Below, one piece after another: positions 28,914 through 39,900 of a stretch of DNA of 64,000 nucleotides. A program made the translations under genes and the position numbers. Location: contig JAFGUZ010000204.1 in the NCBI GenBank assembly GCA_016938275.1, positions 9,820-73,819 of the forward strand, read 5' to 3'. The DNA is from Candidatus Delongbacteria bacterium (GTDB taxonomy: Bacteria; UBA4055). Numbering within the stretch: the stretch's first letter is position 1; each line of letters opens with the position of its first letter. Below the pieces are notes generated by a model that saw only the letters and a list, made by a program, of their open reading frames with translations, was not told the origin of the DNA and searched no databases.

Positions 28914-29927
28914 ATGAGATTACTAATTACAGGAACCGCAGGATTTATAGGCTACCATCTCTCGAAAACTATTTGTCAGCAGAATACCGATCTCGAATTG
29001 TATTGCTTAGACAACATTAATGATTATTACGACACGGAGTTAAAGTTTAGTAGATTGGATGATCTTGGATTTAAAAAGGAATTGATTTCAGAAAACAATT
29101 TTATCCCTTCACAAAAATATGAAAAGCTTTACTTTTATAAATGTGATCTTGAAAATAGAGAGAATATAAAAAGAATTTTTCATGAGTATAGATTTGATAT
29201 TGTTTGCAATTTAGCAGCTCAAGCAGGTGTAAGATACAGCTTACAAAACCCATATACTTACATTGATTCGAATATTTCAGGATTTTTAAACATTTTAGAA
29301 AACTGCCGAAATTTTAATGTAAAGAAATTGGTTTATGCAAGTTCATCATCAGTTTATGGGAATAGTGATAATGAAGTTTTCAAAACAAGCGATAGAGTGG
29401 ACAATCCTATTTCTCTTTATGCTGCTACTAAAAAATCAAACGAACTCATGGCGTATACATATTCACACTTATTTAATATTGAAACCATTGGTTTAAGGTT
29501 TTTTACTGTTTACGGTCCTTGGGGTAGACCAGATATGGCCTACTACTCTTTTACAAATTCTATATTACAAGATAAACCCATAAAAGTTTTTAACAATGGC
29601 GATCTTGCCAGAGATTTCACGTATATAGATGATATAGTAGAAGGAATAAGAAGAATTATATTTGCTCCTTTACAAGAAAAAAAATATAGCATCTACAATA
29701 TTGGTAATGGAAAACCTGTAAACCTACTTGAATTCATACAGGTAATTGAATCCGAATTGAATAAAGAAGCAATAAAAGAGTATGTGCCAATGCAACCAGG
29801 AGATGTTTCTACAACACATGCAGATGTTACTGATTTAGAAAATTTTGTAAACTATAAACCTAAAACCTCACTTCAAGAAGGAATTCGTAAATTTATCGGT
29901 TGGTACAGAGATTATTACAAATCTTGA
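28914..29927 (+). CDS. NAD-dependent epimerase/dehydratase, UDP-glucuronate 4-epimerase-like
   Basis: Rossmann motif LITGTAGFIGYHL and catalytic SSSSVYG...YAATKKSNE (YxxxK). The overall pattern is that of extended SDRs of the CapI/LpsL type. Confidence 0.85.
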   Translation: MRLLITGTAGFIGYHLSKTICQQNTDLELYCLDNINDYYDTELKFSRLDDLGFKKELISENNFIPSQKYEKLYFYKCDLENRENIKRIFHEYRFDIVCNLAAQAGVRYSLQNPYTYIDSNISGFLNILENCRNFNVKKLVYASSSSVYGNSDNEVFKTSDRVDNPISLYAATKKSNELMAYTYSHLFNIETIGLRFFTVYGPWGRPDMAYYSFTNSILQDKPIKVFNNGDLARDFTYIDDIVEGIRRIIFAPLQEKKYSIYNIGNGKPVNLLEFIQVIESELNKEAIKEYVPMQPGDVSTTHADVTDLENFVNYKPKTSLQEGIRKFIGWYRDYYKS

Positions 29928-31777
29928 AACTCTTTTCTGCTTATGAAACTGTAAACAAATTTATTGTCAACCAATAAACTGTCATTCCTATAAACTATTT
30001 CATCTTTTTCAGATATGATGTTAAAGTTTGTAGGAATATGTTTTATATGGATTTTTTCTTCCAAATTACTATAAACCATATATTTTTTTTCTATATATAT
30101 TGAATCGGATTTCGCATTATCCAAGAGTTCAAGAATCTTTTCGTTTGATGCTTTAATTTCTCCAGTGAATATAAAACGAGTCCCGGAGAGTTCCCTTCTT
30201 GAAAAGAATCTTTTTAAAACTGAATCAATTCTAGTATTATCCAGATCTTTGAATATCCCAATCTTATGGCTATGGAGATAAATTCCTTTTTCTACAAATT
30301 TATAATCACTTACGTAATCAATACTTTTAAGTGATAAGAACATTAAGATAATTGCAAGGCTTATTGTTAAAACTCTGAATCTTTTTACAACGAATAAAGA
30401 CAATAACAAAGAATAAAAAACCAGTACCTCTTCCGAAGAAGTGTTATAATGTATATGAAATGAAGTTAATGAAGCAAAAAAATCATTTGTTTTGTTGATA
30501 AATACCACTAATCTATCAGCGTAAAATGAAAACATCTCTCCAAAAAATAATAGCCCATGAGTTATAGACGCCAATGTTCCAAACAACATGCTAGCTCCTG
30601 TTAATAAAACTAGCAAAGGACCGCTTATTATTGAAAGTGGATTATAAAAACCGAAGAGATTAAAAATGTAAAATGACAATGAAATAAATACTGAAACGCC
30701 TATAAAGTAGGGCTTAGTGAATTTATTTATAATTTTACTTTTGCAATTTGTTAACAATTCATTTGAAATCAGGATTCCATATATTGCTAAATATGACAAA
30801 ATAAACCCAGCAGTAAGAGAAGAACCCTTTATAAAGAATATTGAAAATATTCCAGCGAGTGCAGGAAGATCGTATAGTTTGTAAACCCTATCTGTATAAT
30901 AACTCGAATAAAAGAAAATTATCATCAATCCTGCCCTTACGACAGAAGGTGCTGCTCCAGTTAACAAGATGTAAAAAATAATTATCGAACTTTTAATAAT
31001 ATTATTGATATGAAAACTATTGGGATATCGCTTTGGAATCAATCTAAATAATAAAATTAGAAACCCAACGTGTAAACCAGAAACTGCTAAAAGATGTGCT
31101 GAACCACTTTTTCTAAATGTTTCGAGTTCATCATTCTCGAAACCAGATTTATCACCAAGTAAAACACCTATTAAAAAATTTGAAGTTGACCTCGCAGAGC
31201 TATCTAATATTTTTTTCTTTAAAAAATCCCTGGATTTTGAAACAAACTCTTCGATGATATTTCTATGAAAACTTCCAACTTCATCAATTTTAACTTTATC
31301 TAAAGTATAAACAATTCCTTTTATCATATTCAGTCTGAAAAGATCTCTCTCAAGATACTCTACAGGTTTCCTGAACTTTTTTATAGTACCAGAAACAACT
31401 AAATCTGATCCGACTTTATAGTCGCCATGCATCAGAAAAAAACTTACACCAACCTTGTTTAGCAAATCAAAACAATTTATGGAAACCCCTGTACTTAACT
31501 CCCGTACTTCTTTCACTCTAACTTTCAAATTTACTATCCTCTGTTCTTTTAAAGATTTGTAAACCCTGAAATCATTCATATAGTGTACTGACGAATTTAG
31601 AAAGCCAATTATAAAAAAAATAAAAACGACCCTTACCTTTCTTATTGCTAAACAGGCGATCGAAACAATCAAAATCAGTAATGGATTCAACTCAAAACCA
31701 GCGGATAAAAGTTCAAATGAAACGTTATAGCCTAGAAATAGTGAAAAAAATATTAAAGAAATATACCATTTATCCAT
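29915..31777 (-). CDS. comEC: ComEC/Rec2-family DNA internalisation channel protein (no metallo-beta-lactamase domain)
   Basis: Polytopic membrane protein with the competence-domain motif FRKSGSAHLLAVSGLHVGFL. No HxHxDH motif occurs in the C-terminal 150 aa. Its 3' end overlaps the convergent epimerase gene by 13 nt. Confidence 0.8.
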   Translation of the reverse strand: MDKWYISLIFFSLFLGYNVSFELLSAGFELNPLLILIVSIACLAIRKVRVVFIFFIIGFLNSSVHYMNDFRVYKSLKEQRIVNLKVRVKEVRELSTGVSINCFDLLNKVGVSFFLMHGDYKVGSDLVVSGTIKKFRKPVEYLERDLFRLNMIKGIVYTLDKVKIDEVGSFHRNIIEEFVSKSRDFLKKKILDSSARSTSNFLIGVLLGDKSGFENDELETFRKSGSAHLLAVSGLHVGFLILLFRLIPKRYPNSFHINNIIKSSIIIFYILLTGAAPSVVRAGLMIIFFYSSYYTDRVYKLYDLPALAGIFSIFFIKGSSLTAGFILSYLAIYGILISNELLTNCKSKIINKFTKPYFIGVSVFISLSFYIFNLFGFYNPLSIISGPLLVLLTGASMLFGTLASITHGLLFFGEMFSFYADRLVVFINKTNDFFASLTSFHIHYNTSSEEVLVFYSLLLSLFVVKRFRVLTISLAIILMFLSLKSIDYVSDYKFVEKGIYLHSHKIGIFKDLDNTRIDSVLKRFFSRRELSGTRFIFTGEIKASNEKILELLDNAKSDSIYIEKKYMVYSNLEEKIHIKHIPTNFNIISEKDEIVYRNDSLLVDNKFVYSFISRKEFQDL

Positions 31778-31849
31778 AATAATTATTATCTTTATAGTTC
31801 AACAGGTATGAATCTGTACTTAGTTAATTTAATATAATAAAAGGTGATT

Positions 31850-32284
31850 ATGAACAAAAATCTACTGGCAATAATTATATCTGTACTTGCTTTTGCTGCT
31901 ATACTCTACATTAATAAGAGAGAGAACATCGAATTTCTAAGAAACTCAAATATTGATAAGTTTGGAACAGAGAAAATTTCTACTGTACTTGAATCTCTTT
32001 TCCCTGATGGAGAATGGTATGAAAGCAATAACGGGTACATCACCTTCAGAACGTCCTTAGATGAAGGCAAGATATTGATATTGAAGTTTACTGCAAGCTT
32101 TGAAATGAATCAAGTTGAGTTCGTAGAAGCATTTTGGGCATATAGTAAAGAGTATGTACAAAAAGCATTGGTCATACTCGATGAAAATGGTGATAAAATT
32201 CAAAATAAGAGCAAGGTTTACGAATATATTACCTCTAAACATGTACTCAATGATTCTGAATTAAAATTACAATTAGCTCAATAA
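31850..32284 (+). CDS. Hypothetical membrane-anchored or secreted protein
   Basis: N-terminal hydrophobic segment LLAIIISVLAFAAILYI. The ATG at 31850 follows an AAGG. No recognisable family. Confidence 0.45.
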   Translation: MNKNLLAIIISVLAFAAILYINKRENIEFLRNSNIDKFGTEKISTVLESLFPDGEWYESNNGYITFRTSLDEGKILILKFTASFEMNQVEFVEAFWAYSKEYVQKALVILDENGDKIQNKSKVYEYITSKHVLNDSELKLQLAQ

Positions 32285-32363
32285 TCTATTTTATTTTAAA
32301 TTGACCTCTTGACTTTTACAAATGAATTACCTTTTATGAGGGTAATTTATTGTGGAAATAATA

Positions 32364-35255
32364 ATGAGTATAAATTCATCAGATCTACGACATATCAGGC
32401 TGAACGAGTTCGTAGCTATAGATATTGAAACAACTGGTTTAAATACATATGTTGATAAAATTATTGAAATTGCAGCAGTAAGATTTGTTGATGGTGAAAA
32501 AACTGATACTTTTCAAACTTTTATAGATCCTGGAATGAAACTACCTGATGAGATCTCTCAAATAACAGGAATAAGAGATGATGATCTTATTGGTAAACCA
32601 GAAATTGATAAAGTTTTACCAAGTTTTTTTGAGTTCATAGGAACCTCCCCACTCGTTGGACACAATATATCTTTTGATTTAGAATTTTTAAAATATTATG
32701 CAGCGGTATACGGAGTAGAAACTTCTTTTAGGACAGCAAAAGTTCATGACACTCTCCTACTTTCTCAGATTTTCTTCCCCAAAGGTCCAATCAGCTATAA
32801 ACTTTCAGTTTTAAAAGATTTTTTCGGTTTCGATGGTAATGACCATAGAGCATTAGATGATTCTATTACTTGTGGAAATATTCTTTTAAGAATAGCGGAA
32901 GAAGCTGTAAGCCTTTCAGATGAAATAGTCAAAAATCTAGCTGAGGTCTCTTTAGGATTTGAATTTGTTGGAAAACAGTTCATTCTTGATCTGGCAAATT
33001 TTTATGGTAAAACCAGTTTTAATAGAAAATTAGGTGTTAAGCAAAAGAAATATTCAGACTCATACAATTTCATAATTAAAGATTCTGAACTAAATGAGGA
33101 AATGAAAAAGGTTCTTCTAACTGATGATATAATTGATAAAATATTTCTTCCTGGTGGTCTCCTCGACAAGAATATAAAAAAATTTGAGTATAGAGAAGAG
33201 CAATACACATTTGCAAAAGCAGCATTTGAAGCATATAAAAACAATAAAATACTTGTAACTGAAGCTGGAACAGGTGTGGGGAAATCTTTTGCTTATCTCT
33301 TCCCTTCCGCAATCAATGCTGTTTTAAATGATGAAAAAGTAGTAATTACTACAAACACAAAAAATTTACAAGAACAAATTTTTTATAAAGACATTCCTGT
33401 TATTCATCAATTATTGGGAGGCATTTTTTCATCTGTTATCCTGAAAGGTAGAAACAATTATCTCTGCATAAACAGATATGAATCTGTATTGAGACATCCC
33501 ACAAACTCATTGAATGGAAATGAACAGGCTGCTAGATTTTTACCTTTAGTAGTTTGGGCTGGTAAAACTGCTACCGGAGACATTGAAGAAAACAGTGGAT
33601 TCAAAAAAGGCTACAATTATGACATATGGAATAAGGTTGAATCTGACTCTAGTTTCTGTTTAGGAAAAAAGTGCAAACATTATAATTCATGTCACGCAAT
33701 TGGGATTAGAAAAAAAGCTTTCAAATCAGATTTGGTAATTATAAATCATTCTCTACTATTTTCAGATATCATTTCTGATAGTGCTGTTCTTGGTCAATAT
33801 TCTCACCTAGTTGTTGATGAAGCTCATAATATCGAAAACGCAGCCACCAATTATCTTGGCGAGGAGTTTTCCTTCAATTTAATACGTAATATTTGTAATA
33901 GAATTATCACATCAGATAATAAGCACGGAAATTTGATAAAACTTGAAAGAGCTATCGCAACTGAAATAAAAGATAAAAATCTTTCAGATAAGATTATTGC
34001 TCTCATTGATCAACTAAAAGATAAAAACAAGGTGCTTTATGAAGTTTCAAAAAGTTTTTTTGATCAATTGGGACAAAACCTCTTAAGTAAAAATTATGCC
34101 GAATCAAATTCTTTGATAAAAAAACGATTTAAGGATTCTGAAGAAATCTTCGGTGATTTTGAACATGAAAAAGAAAAATTTAAATCAGTATTTGAAGATC
34201 ATATCGGCTTAATTAAAAGAATTGACCATCTTCTAAATACTTTTGACGAAAATCCTTTCCCTGACCATGAAACAATAAAACAAGAGTTTGTCTCAATCAA
34301 TGAAAACGCCCTGGGAGCATACTCCACTTTCAATTTTTTTAATGATACTAGTAGAGAGAATTTTGTTTTCTGGTATGAACTTGGAATAAAAGATGGCAAT
34401 GTTTCATTAAAACTAAGCTCTGCCCCACTTGATGTGTCGCCAATATTAAAAGATAATTTATATGAAAATCTTTCTTCTGTAATTCTAACAAGTGCAACAC
34501 TTACCATAGAGAGACGTTTTAAGTATATGCAAAAAAAATTAGGTCTGGCTGAAATAGATCCTGACAAGATTGAAACATTGATGCTTGGCTCTCCTTTTAA
34601 TTTAAAAAAACAATTAAGAGTAATAACTCCATCGTTTATAGCCTCGCCAAAAATGAGTGCAATATATGAAAAAGATGTAGAAAATATATTAGGTGAACTT
34701 ATAGAAAACTTTGATCAGGGAACTTTAGTACTTTTTACGAGTTATAAGTTGATGAGTTCAATGGCATATAAATTGAGAGACAAGTTCAAAAAAACTGGTA
34801 GAACATTATTAGTTCAAGGTAAGGAATCTACGAGAACTGACTTAGTTAAAAATTTCAAGAAAATAAGGAATTCATTTCTTTTTGGAACTGATAGTTTTTG
34901 GGAAGGTGTTGATGTTCCCGGCGATGCTTTGGAAGCTCTTGTAATTGTAAAATTACCATTTTCTGTTCCAACTGAGCCAGTGATTGAAGCAAGAATTGAA
35001 GAGATTGAAAAATCGGGAAATAACTCTTTTATGCACTACTCTGTTCCGGAAGCAATCTTGAAATTTAAACAAGGAATTGGAAGACTTATAAGAACTGCAG
35101 ATGATTACGGTGCTGTTTATATACTTGACAGCAGAGTAATAAACACCAGATGGGGTCAAGCTTTCGTAAATTCTCTTCCAGTACTTCCTGAAATACCAAA
35201 AAATTTGCAAAATCTAAAAACTATCACAGAAGAAATTTTTGGAGAAAAATTATGA
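32364..35255 (+). CDS. dinG: DinG-family ATP-dependent helicase fused to an N-terminal DnaQ-like 3'-5' exonuclease
   Basis: Exonuclease motifs FVAIDIETTGL, GHNISFDLEFL and HRALDDS. Helicase motifs TEAGTGVGKS (Walker A) and VVDEAHNIENAA (DEAH). The architecture matches that of Bacillus-type DinG. Confidence 0.85.
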   Translation: MSINSSDLRHIRLNEFVAIDIETTGLNTYVDKIIEIAAVRFVDGEKTDTFQTFIDPGMKLPDEISQITGIRDDDLIGKPEIDKVLPSFFEFIGTSPLVGHNISFDLEFLKYYAAVYGVETSFRTAKVHDTLLLSQIFFPKGPISYKLSVLKDFFGFDGNDHRALDDSITCGNILLRIAEEAVSLSDEIVKNLAEVSLGFEFVGKQFILDLANFYGKTSFNRKLGVKQKKYSDSYNFIIKDSELNEEMKKVLLTDDIIDKIFLPGGLLDKNIKKFEYREEQYTFAKAAFEAYKNNKILVTEAGTGVGKSFAYLFPSAINAVLNDEKVVITTNTKNLQEQIFYKDIPVIHQLLGGIFSSVILKGRNNYLCINRYESVLRHPTNSLNGNEQAARFLPLVVWAGKTATGDIEENSGFKKGYNYDIWNKVESDSSFCLGKKCKHYNSCHAIGIRKKAFKSDLVIINHSLLFSDIISDSAVLGQYSHLVVDEAHNIENAATNYLGEEFSFNLIRNICNRIITSDNKHGNLIKLERAIATEIKDKNLSDKIIALIDQLKDKNKVLYEVSKSFFDQLGQNLLSKNYAESNSLIKKRFKDSEEIFGDFEHEKEKFKSVFEDHIGLIKRIDHLLNTFDENPFPDHETIKQEFVSINENALGAYSTFNFFNDTSRENFVFWYELGIKDGNVSLKLSSAPLDVSPILKDNLYENLSSVILTSATLTIERRFKYMQKKLGLAEIDPDKIETLMLGSPFNLKKQLRVITPSFIASPKMSAIYEKDVENILGELIENFDQGTLVLFTSYKLMSSMAYKLRDKFKKTGRTLLVQGKESTRTDLVKNFKKIRNSFLFGTDSFWEGVDVPGDALEALVIVKLPFSVPTEPVIEARIEEIEKSGNNSFMHYSVPEAILKFKQGIGRLIRTADDYGAVYILDSRVINTRWGQAFVNSLPVLPEIPKNLQNLKTITEEIFGEKL

Positions 35256-36385
35256 AAGCATATATAGCTGTTTTATTTCTGTTTTTTACTCTTAATGCTA
35301 AAGTCTTTTTACAAATTGCAGACTATACCGACGAAGGGTATATCTGTCACGGATTATCAAAGAATATCACTTCACACATTCCTGAAGTAGAGACAACTTT
35401 AAGTAATAAGGATAATGCGTCTGAGGATTACAAAAACATTTCATCAGATTTGGATAAAAATGATGAATTTATAATTATTACTGTAACGAAATCTGGAGTA
35501 AAATACACCGCTATAGGTAGTGTGCGAAATAGAAATGGTCACGAATCTGATTTTACTGGGAAATTATATGGAACAGAAAAAAACCTTCATGAGTTTTACA
35601 GGAAAATTTTGAAAAAAATTCTAGCCCAAACAAAATCAAGAGCCCCACTTCAAATTTTGGATTCTACAAACGATAATTATGTTTTTTTAAAAATTGTTCA
35701 AGCCAGATACTATTCTAGTATAGATGAGAATAAAAAGGCCATTTACTATTTAGAATCTATCGCTGATTATGTTAATAAGAATGATGAATTGAGAGAATTC
35801 TATAGTTCACTCGGTGGAGATCAAGAAAATTTGGTGGATCATAAACTAATCTCTCTAAAAAATCCAAAATCTTCCTTTTCCTTCAATGATTTTATCTCAA
35901 ACTGTTATAGTATTAAAATTGATGAGGTAAAGGTCGACCATTGCAAAGATGATTCAACTTTAGTGAATATACATATTGCCTATAATATTTTTCTAAAGCC
36001 TTTGTATAAGAGAATTTTGATGCAAGGATTGAAAGAAAGTGATGGTGAAACAAAACTTAACAATTATAATATCTACACATATAGTTCTGATGATGATCTT
36101 TCAGGAAGATTCATAGATATAATCAAATCTCAAAAAATAAAAGTTTCATTGATGTATGGCGACTCAGTTTTAACAGAACAAGAAACTTTTATTTCGATGA
36201 CAACTTTTGATAAAGGAGCATATAGAGAAGGTGTACCAGTCTTCCCAATAATGCCTCTTGGTCCAGCCGATAACAAATTTAAATTAACTCCTAAAACAAC
36301 TGCAGATATTTTTATTGAAGAGTTCTCTTTTGAGTCATTTGAAAAAGTCGACAATTATATTTTCAATGTTGTGATCGAGAAATAA
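35252..36385 (+). CDS. Hypothetical secreted protein
   Basis: Signal-peptide-like MKAYIAVLFLFFTLNA. Its start overlaps the dinG stop. No recognisable family. Confidence 0.5.
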   Translation: MKAYIAVLFLFFTLNAKVFLQIADYTDEGYICHGLSKNITSHIPEVETTLSNKDNASEDYKNISSDLDKNDEFIIITVTKSGVKYTAIGSVRNRNGHESDFTGKLYGTEKNLHEFYRKILKKILAQTKSRAPLQILDSTNDNYVFLKIVQARYYSSIDENKKAIYYLESIADYVNKNDELREFYSSLGGDQENLVDHKLISLKNPKSSFSFNDFISNCYSIKIDEVKVDHCKDDSTLVNIHIAYNIFLKPLYKRILMQGLKESDGETKLNNYNIYTYSSDDDLSGRFIDIIKSQKIKVSLMYGDSVLTEQETFISMTTFDKGAYREGVPVFPIMPLGPADNKFKLTPKTTADIFIEEFSFESFEKVDNYIFNVVIEK

Positions 36386-36482
36386 TCTTAAAAGATTTTA
36401 GATTTTAGTAAAAAATATATTTTTCGAGGCAACTTTTTCTTTTTTTGTTTGTCTATAACATAGAACGAACAAGGAGTTGACT

Positions 36483-37703
36483 ATGAAAAAGCTTACCTTC
36501 CTAATGATACTACTAATATCGAGCTTGGTTTATGGAAATGACAGTGGCTTGATTTACGGAACCGTTAAAACAGAAGACGGTGAAATTTTCAAAGGAAATA
36601 TTCGCTGGGATGATGAAGAGATTATGTGGATGGACTTTTTTAATTCAAACAAAGAAGAAAATGAGTACGAAGACATTGTCCCCGATACAAGAAGTAGAAA
36701 AGAAAAAAAGAAAACTTTTGTTATCGGTGGATTTAAAGTGTTTACAGATAAAACCGATTCACACTTTTTTTTCAGTTCCACTACCCACCAGTTCCAATCA
36801 ATGTTTGGTGATATAGATAGGATTGAAGTTGTTGGTTCTGATGCAGCAATTGTCCATATGAAAAATGGTAAAAAATATGATTTCGAAGGTGGTTCAAACG
36901 ATTTAGGAACAACTATAAGAATCATGGATCATGAGCTGGGTACAGTAAAACTTAATTGGTCCAAAATTAAAGAAGTACAGTTTGATGATACTCCTTCAAG
37001 ATTAGATTCTAAATTTGGGGAACCTTTATATGGTAAGCTTGAAACCGATGCAGGTATTTTTGAAGGATATATTATCTGGGATAAAGAAGAGAGAATTTCC
37101 AGTGACAAACTCGATGGAGACACCAAAAATGGAGAAATGTCCATTGAATTTGGTAATATTAAATCCATAGAAAGAGATGGAAGAGGCGTAGAAGTTACTC
37201 TAAAATCAGGAAGAGATTTCTATATGAAAGGTACAAATGATGTCAATTCCGATAATAGAGGGATTATTGTTAATATTCCTGAAATGGGGAGAATTGAATG
37301 TCAATGGAGAGAATTTAGAAAAGTTACATTTTTTGATAAGCCAGCTAAAGACCTACCGGAGTATGATGACTTTGAAAAAGATGGACAACTTAAAGGTGTG
37401 GTTGAAACCGAAGACGATAAGAGTTTCGAGGGAAATATAATATATGATTACGATGAAGCTTATGGTTATGAAGTGCTGAACGGTTCAAAAGATGATATAT
37501 CTTACTCTATACCTTTCAAATTTATAAAATCTATCAAACCAAAAAATTTTAACAGCTCATACATTACTTTAAGAAACGGTAAAGAGATTGTTTTAGGAGA
37601 TGAAAGAGATGTCAGTGACGAAAATTCAGGTATTCTTGTAAGTAAAGGTGATGAATACGAGAAAATAGATTGGGAAGACATAAAAGAAATAACTTTTAAA
37701 TAA
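36483..37703 (+). CDS. Hypothetical secreted protein built of three tandem ~110-130-aa modules
   Basis: Signal peptide MKKLTFLMILLISSLVYG, with AAGGAG 6 nt before the ATG at 36483. The repeated motifs are YGTVKTEDGEIFKGNIRWDDEE, YGKLETDAGIFEGYIIWDKEE and LKGVVETEDDKSFEGNIIYDYDE. Confidence 0.6.
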   Translation: MKKLTFLMILLISSLVYGNDSGLIYGTVKTEDGEIFKGNIRWDDEEIMWMDFFNSNKEENEYEDIVPDTRSRKEKKKTFVIGGFKVFTDKTDSHFFFSSTTHQFQSMFGDIDRIEVVGSDAAIVHMKNGKKYDFEGGSNDLGTTIRIMDHELGTVKLNWSKIKEVQFDDTPSRLDSKFGEPLYGKLETDAGIFEGYIIWDKEERISSDKLDGDTKNGEMSIEFGNIKSIERDGRGVEVTLKSGRDFYMKGTNDVNSDNRGIIVNIPEMGRIECQWREFRKVTFFDKPAKDLPEYDDFEKDGQLKGVVETEDDKSFEGNIIYDYDEAYGYEVLNGSKDDISYSIPFKFIKSIKPKNFNSSYITLRNGKEIVLGDERDVSDENSGILVSKGDEYEKIDWEDIKEITFK

Positions 37704-37790
37704 TTTATTAAAATTTGTGCAACAATATCTGGTTATTATACTTGTGACCTTCTCCGATCAATAAACCTTTCAAGAACGATGACCAGTAAA

Positions 37791-37815
37791 AAGCCCCGAT
37801 ATCGGGGTTTTTTTA
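37791..37815 (+). terminator. Rho-independent terminator
   Basis: Stem ccccgat (37794-37800) pairs with atcgggg (37801-37807), followed by T7. Confidence 0.8.
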
Positions 37816-38228
37816 TTGCTTGTTAATATATCATGTTGCCGCATTGAATTCAGATTATTATAACATTCCAATGCAAATTGTATGTTATTATGAGGATAAG
37901 GATAACAAATGAAAAAACATTAACTTGTTATCAAAGTTATACAATTTTTATAATATTTTATTTTGTTTAATTTCTTATGTCTATAGAGAAAAAAACTTTT
38001 CTAAAATAAATTTACTTATCGTAAGATAATTACTGGTTGGCACTTCGATGATTATTTTTGTCTTGAAGACATAAATTCTCAACTGATAATTATGACATAT
38101 ACTCCATTTATTATGATATGTATACCCTCTATCGTTACGATGAATAATTATATCTAATTACTACAGAATTTATGACAACTAATTCAATTTTTATTAGTCT
38201 ATAAGGAAATCAAATTCGTGGAGAAAAT

Positions 38229-39752
38229 ATGAAGTTTTTATTCATTTCCGTCATAACCGTTCTTCTTTTATCATGTTCAAAAAAATACATTCTAAAAAAT
38301 TATAGTGAAACGCCAAAATTTGATATCCAAGAATCTGAAATGTATCAAAATTCTAATAGTTTTCAACAAGACTTTATTTACATGGTTCAAGCTTTAAAAA
38401 GTAAGCACCCTGACCTTTACTTTACATTGTCAAAAGAGGAATTTGATGACGAATACAGTATAGTAATGCAAAAACTAAATGTTGTAGAATCAGAAATAGA
38501 GTTTCAGATAATTGTCCAACAATTCCTGGCAAAACTAAATGATGGACACACAAACTTAGCACTTTTTGATATTTTTGATTGTAATGAGATTTTTCCCATA
38601 CAATTTAAATTTATCGATAACCACTTATATATATTGAATATTGATAAAAGTTTCAGATATGAACTCATTGGCAAGGAAATAAAAAGGATAAATAACAAGC
38701 CTGTATTAGGAGTTCTAAAAGGTTTAGGCAGCTTCATATCAGCTGAAAATGAATTTCATAAGATGAATATTTTATCAAAAAAATATCTGAACAATCCTAC
38801 TTTTCTTAAAACATATGATTTTATTAAGACTGATTCATTGAATTTAACGATAGCAGTAAATGATACGGATGAAAATTTGGTTTTACCGATTTCTGATGAT
38901 TTTGATTTCTACAAAACTAAAGAAAATACTCATTATATAACATCTAAAAAATCAACACCTTTCTATTATTCATTAATAGAGAATGAAAAAATAGCTTATT
39001 TTCAATTCAATATGTTTATGGATTTCAATGTATGGTTGAATTGGGTTAGTAAAGCTCCATTTTTTTTGAAACCAATAATATATCCAGTCGGGTTTGTTCA
39101 TAAAACATATAGCCAGGCTTTTAATGAATACTACACTGCATATTTTGACAATTTTTTAGAAGAGATGTTTACTGAAATTAATAAAAAAAATATAACCAAT
39201 TTGATAATTGATTTAAGGAATAATGGAGGTGGAAATTCTACTTTAGGAAAACAATTTATAAAATATATACCTACAAAAAGTGAAGAACTCAAAGATTTTA
39301 TGGTTTATCCGTACTGGGAGTATTTCAAAAAAGATACAATGACCTACAAATCTGACTTTTTTTCTCAAGTTGATTCTGAGGATTCCGATTTTTATATAAA
39401 ACCATCCGTTCAGTATAATGGTAATATCTATATTTTAATCGGTGAAAATACGTTCAGTAGTGCAGTGGATTTTGCAACACTATTAAAAGATAACAATATT
39501 GGAAATTTTGTTGGTACTCCTACCGGAGGGAAGCCATCATCATTCGGTGATTTAGTTTTTGTAAAATTACCAAATCATGAAAATATATTAGGACATTCAT
39601 GGAAATTTTTTCAAAGACCGGATCGTAGTAAAGACAAAGAAATAACTCTATGGCCAGACTATGTTATCTACCCTTCGATTAATGATATTATAAATGGAGA
39701 TGATGCTCAATTTGACTTTATTATTAACAAAATCTTGATTGATAAGAGATAA
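38229..39752 (+). CDS. S41-family peptidase, lipoprotein
   Basis: Lipobox LLLSCSK. S41 motifs IIDLRNNGGGNS and GENTFSSAVDFATLLKD. Confidence 0.75.
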   Translation: MKFLFISVITVLLLSCSKKYILKNYSETPKFDIQESEMYQNSNSFQQDFIYMVQALKSKHPDLYFTLSKEEFDDEYSIVMQKLNVVESEIEFQIIVQQFLAKLNDGHTNLALFDIFDCNEIFPIQFKFIDNHLYILNIDKSFRYELIGKEIKRINNKPVLGVLKGLGSFISAENEFHKMNILSKKYLNNPTFLKTYDFIKTDSLNLTIAVNDTDENLVLPISDDFDFYKTKENTHYITSKKSTPFYYSLIENEKIAYFQFNMFMDFNVWLNWVSKAPFFLKPIIYPVGFVHKTYSQAFNEYYTAYFDNFLEEMFTEINKKNITNLIIDLRNNGGGNSTLGKQFIKYIPTKSEELKDFMVYPYWEYFKKDTMTYKSDFFSQVDSEDSDFYIKPSVQYNGNIYILIGENTFSSAVDFATLLKDNNIGNFVGTPTGGKPSSFGDLVFVKLPNHENILGHSWKFFQRPDRSKDKEITLWPDYVIYPSINDIINGDDAQFDFIINKILIDKR

Positions 39753-39900
39753 TATTTAAAATCTTCCTTTAAGAACAAAGTATGAATATTTCTATAGAAA
39801 TAGAAAATAACTTAATATTTTAAGACATCAATAATCTTAAAATAGTCTCTAATGAAAATTGCCTTTGGTTATTGTTAAACTTGTGTCTTACAGCTACAAC

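Noticed and set aside
32795-37440. Antisense or alternative-frame ORFs inside dinG and the two secreted-protein genes: 32795..32983, 33002..33312, 34199..34567, 34953..35210, 36130..36354, 36554..37168, 36580..36816 and 37237..37440.
   Set aside because: They are shadow ORFs within well-supported longer genes.
38038-38056. TGGCAC-TTCGA-TGATT upstream of the S41 gene, considered as a sigma-54 -24/-12 promoter given the NtrC-type activator in the window.
   Set aside because: The -24 GG element is perfect, but the near-invariant -12 GC is missing (TGAT in place of TTGC).
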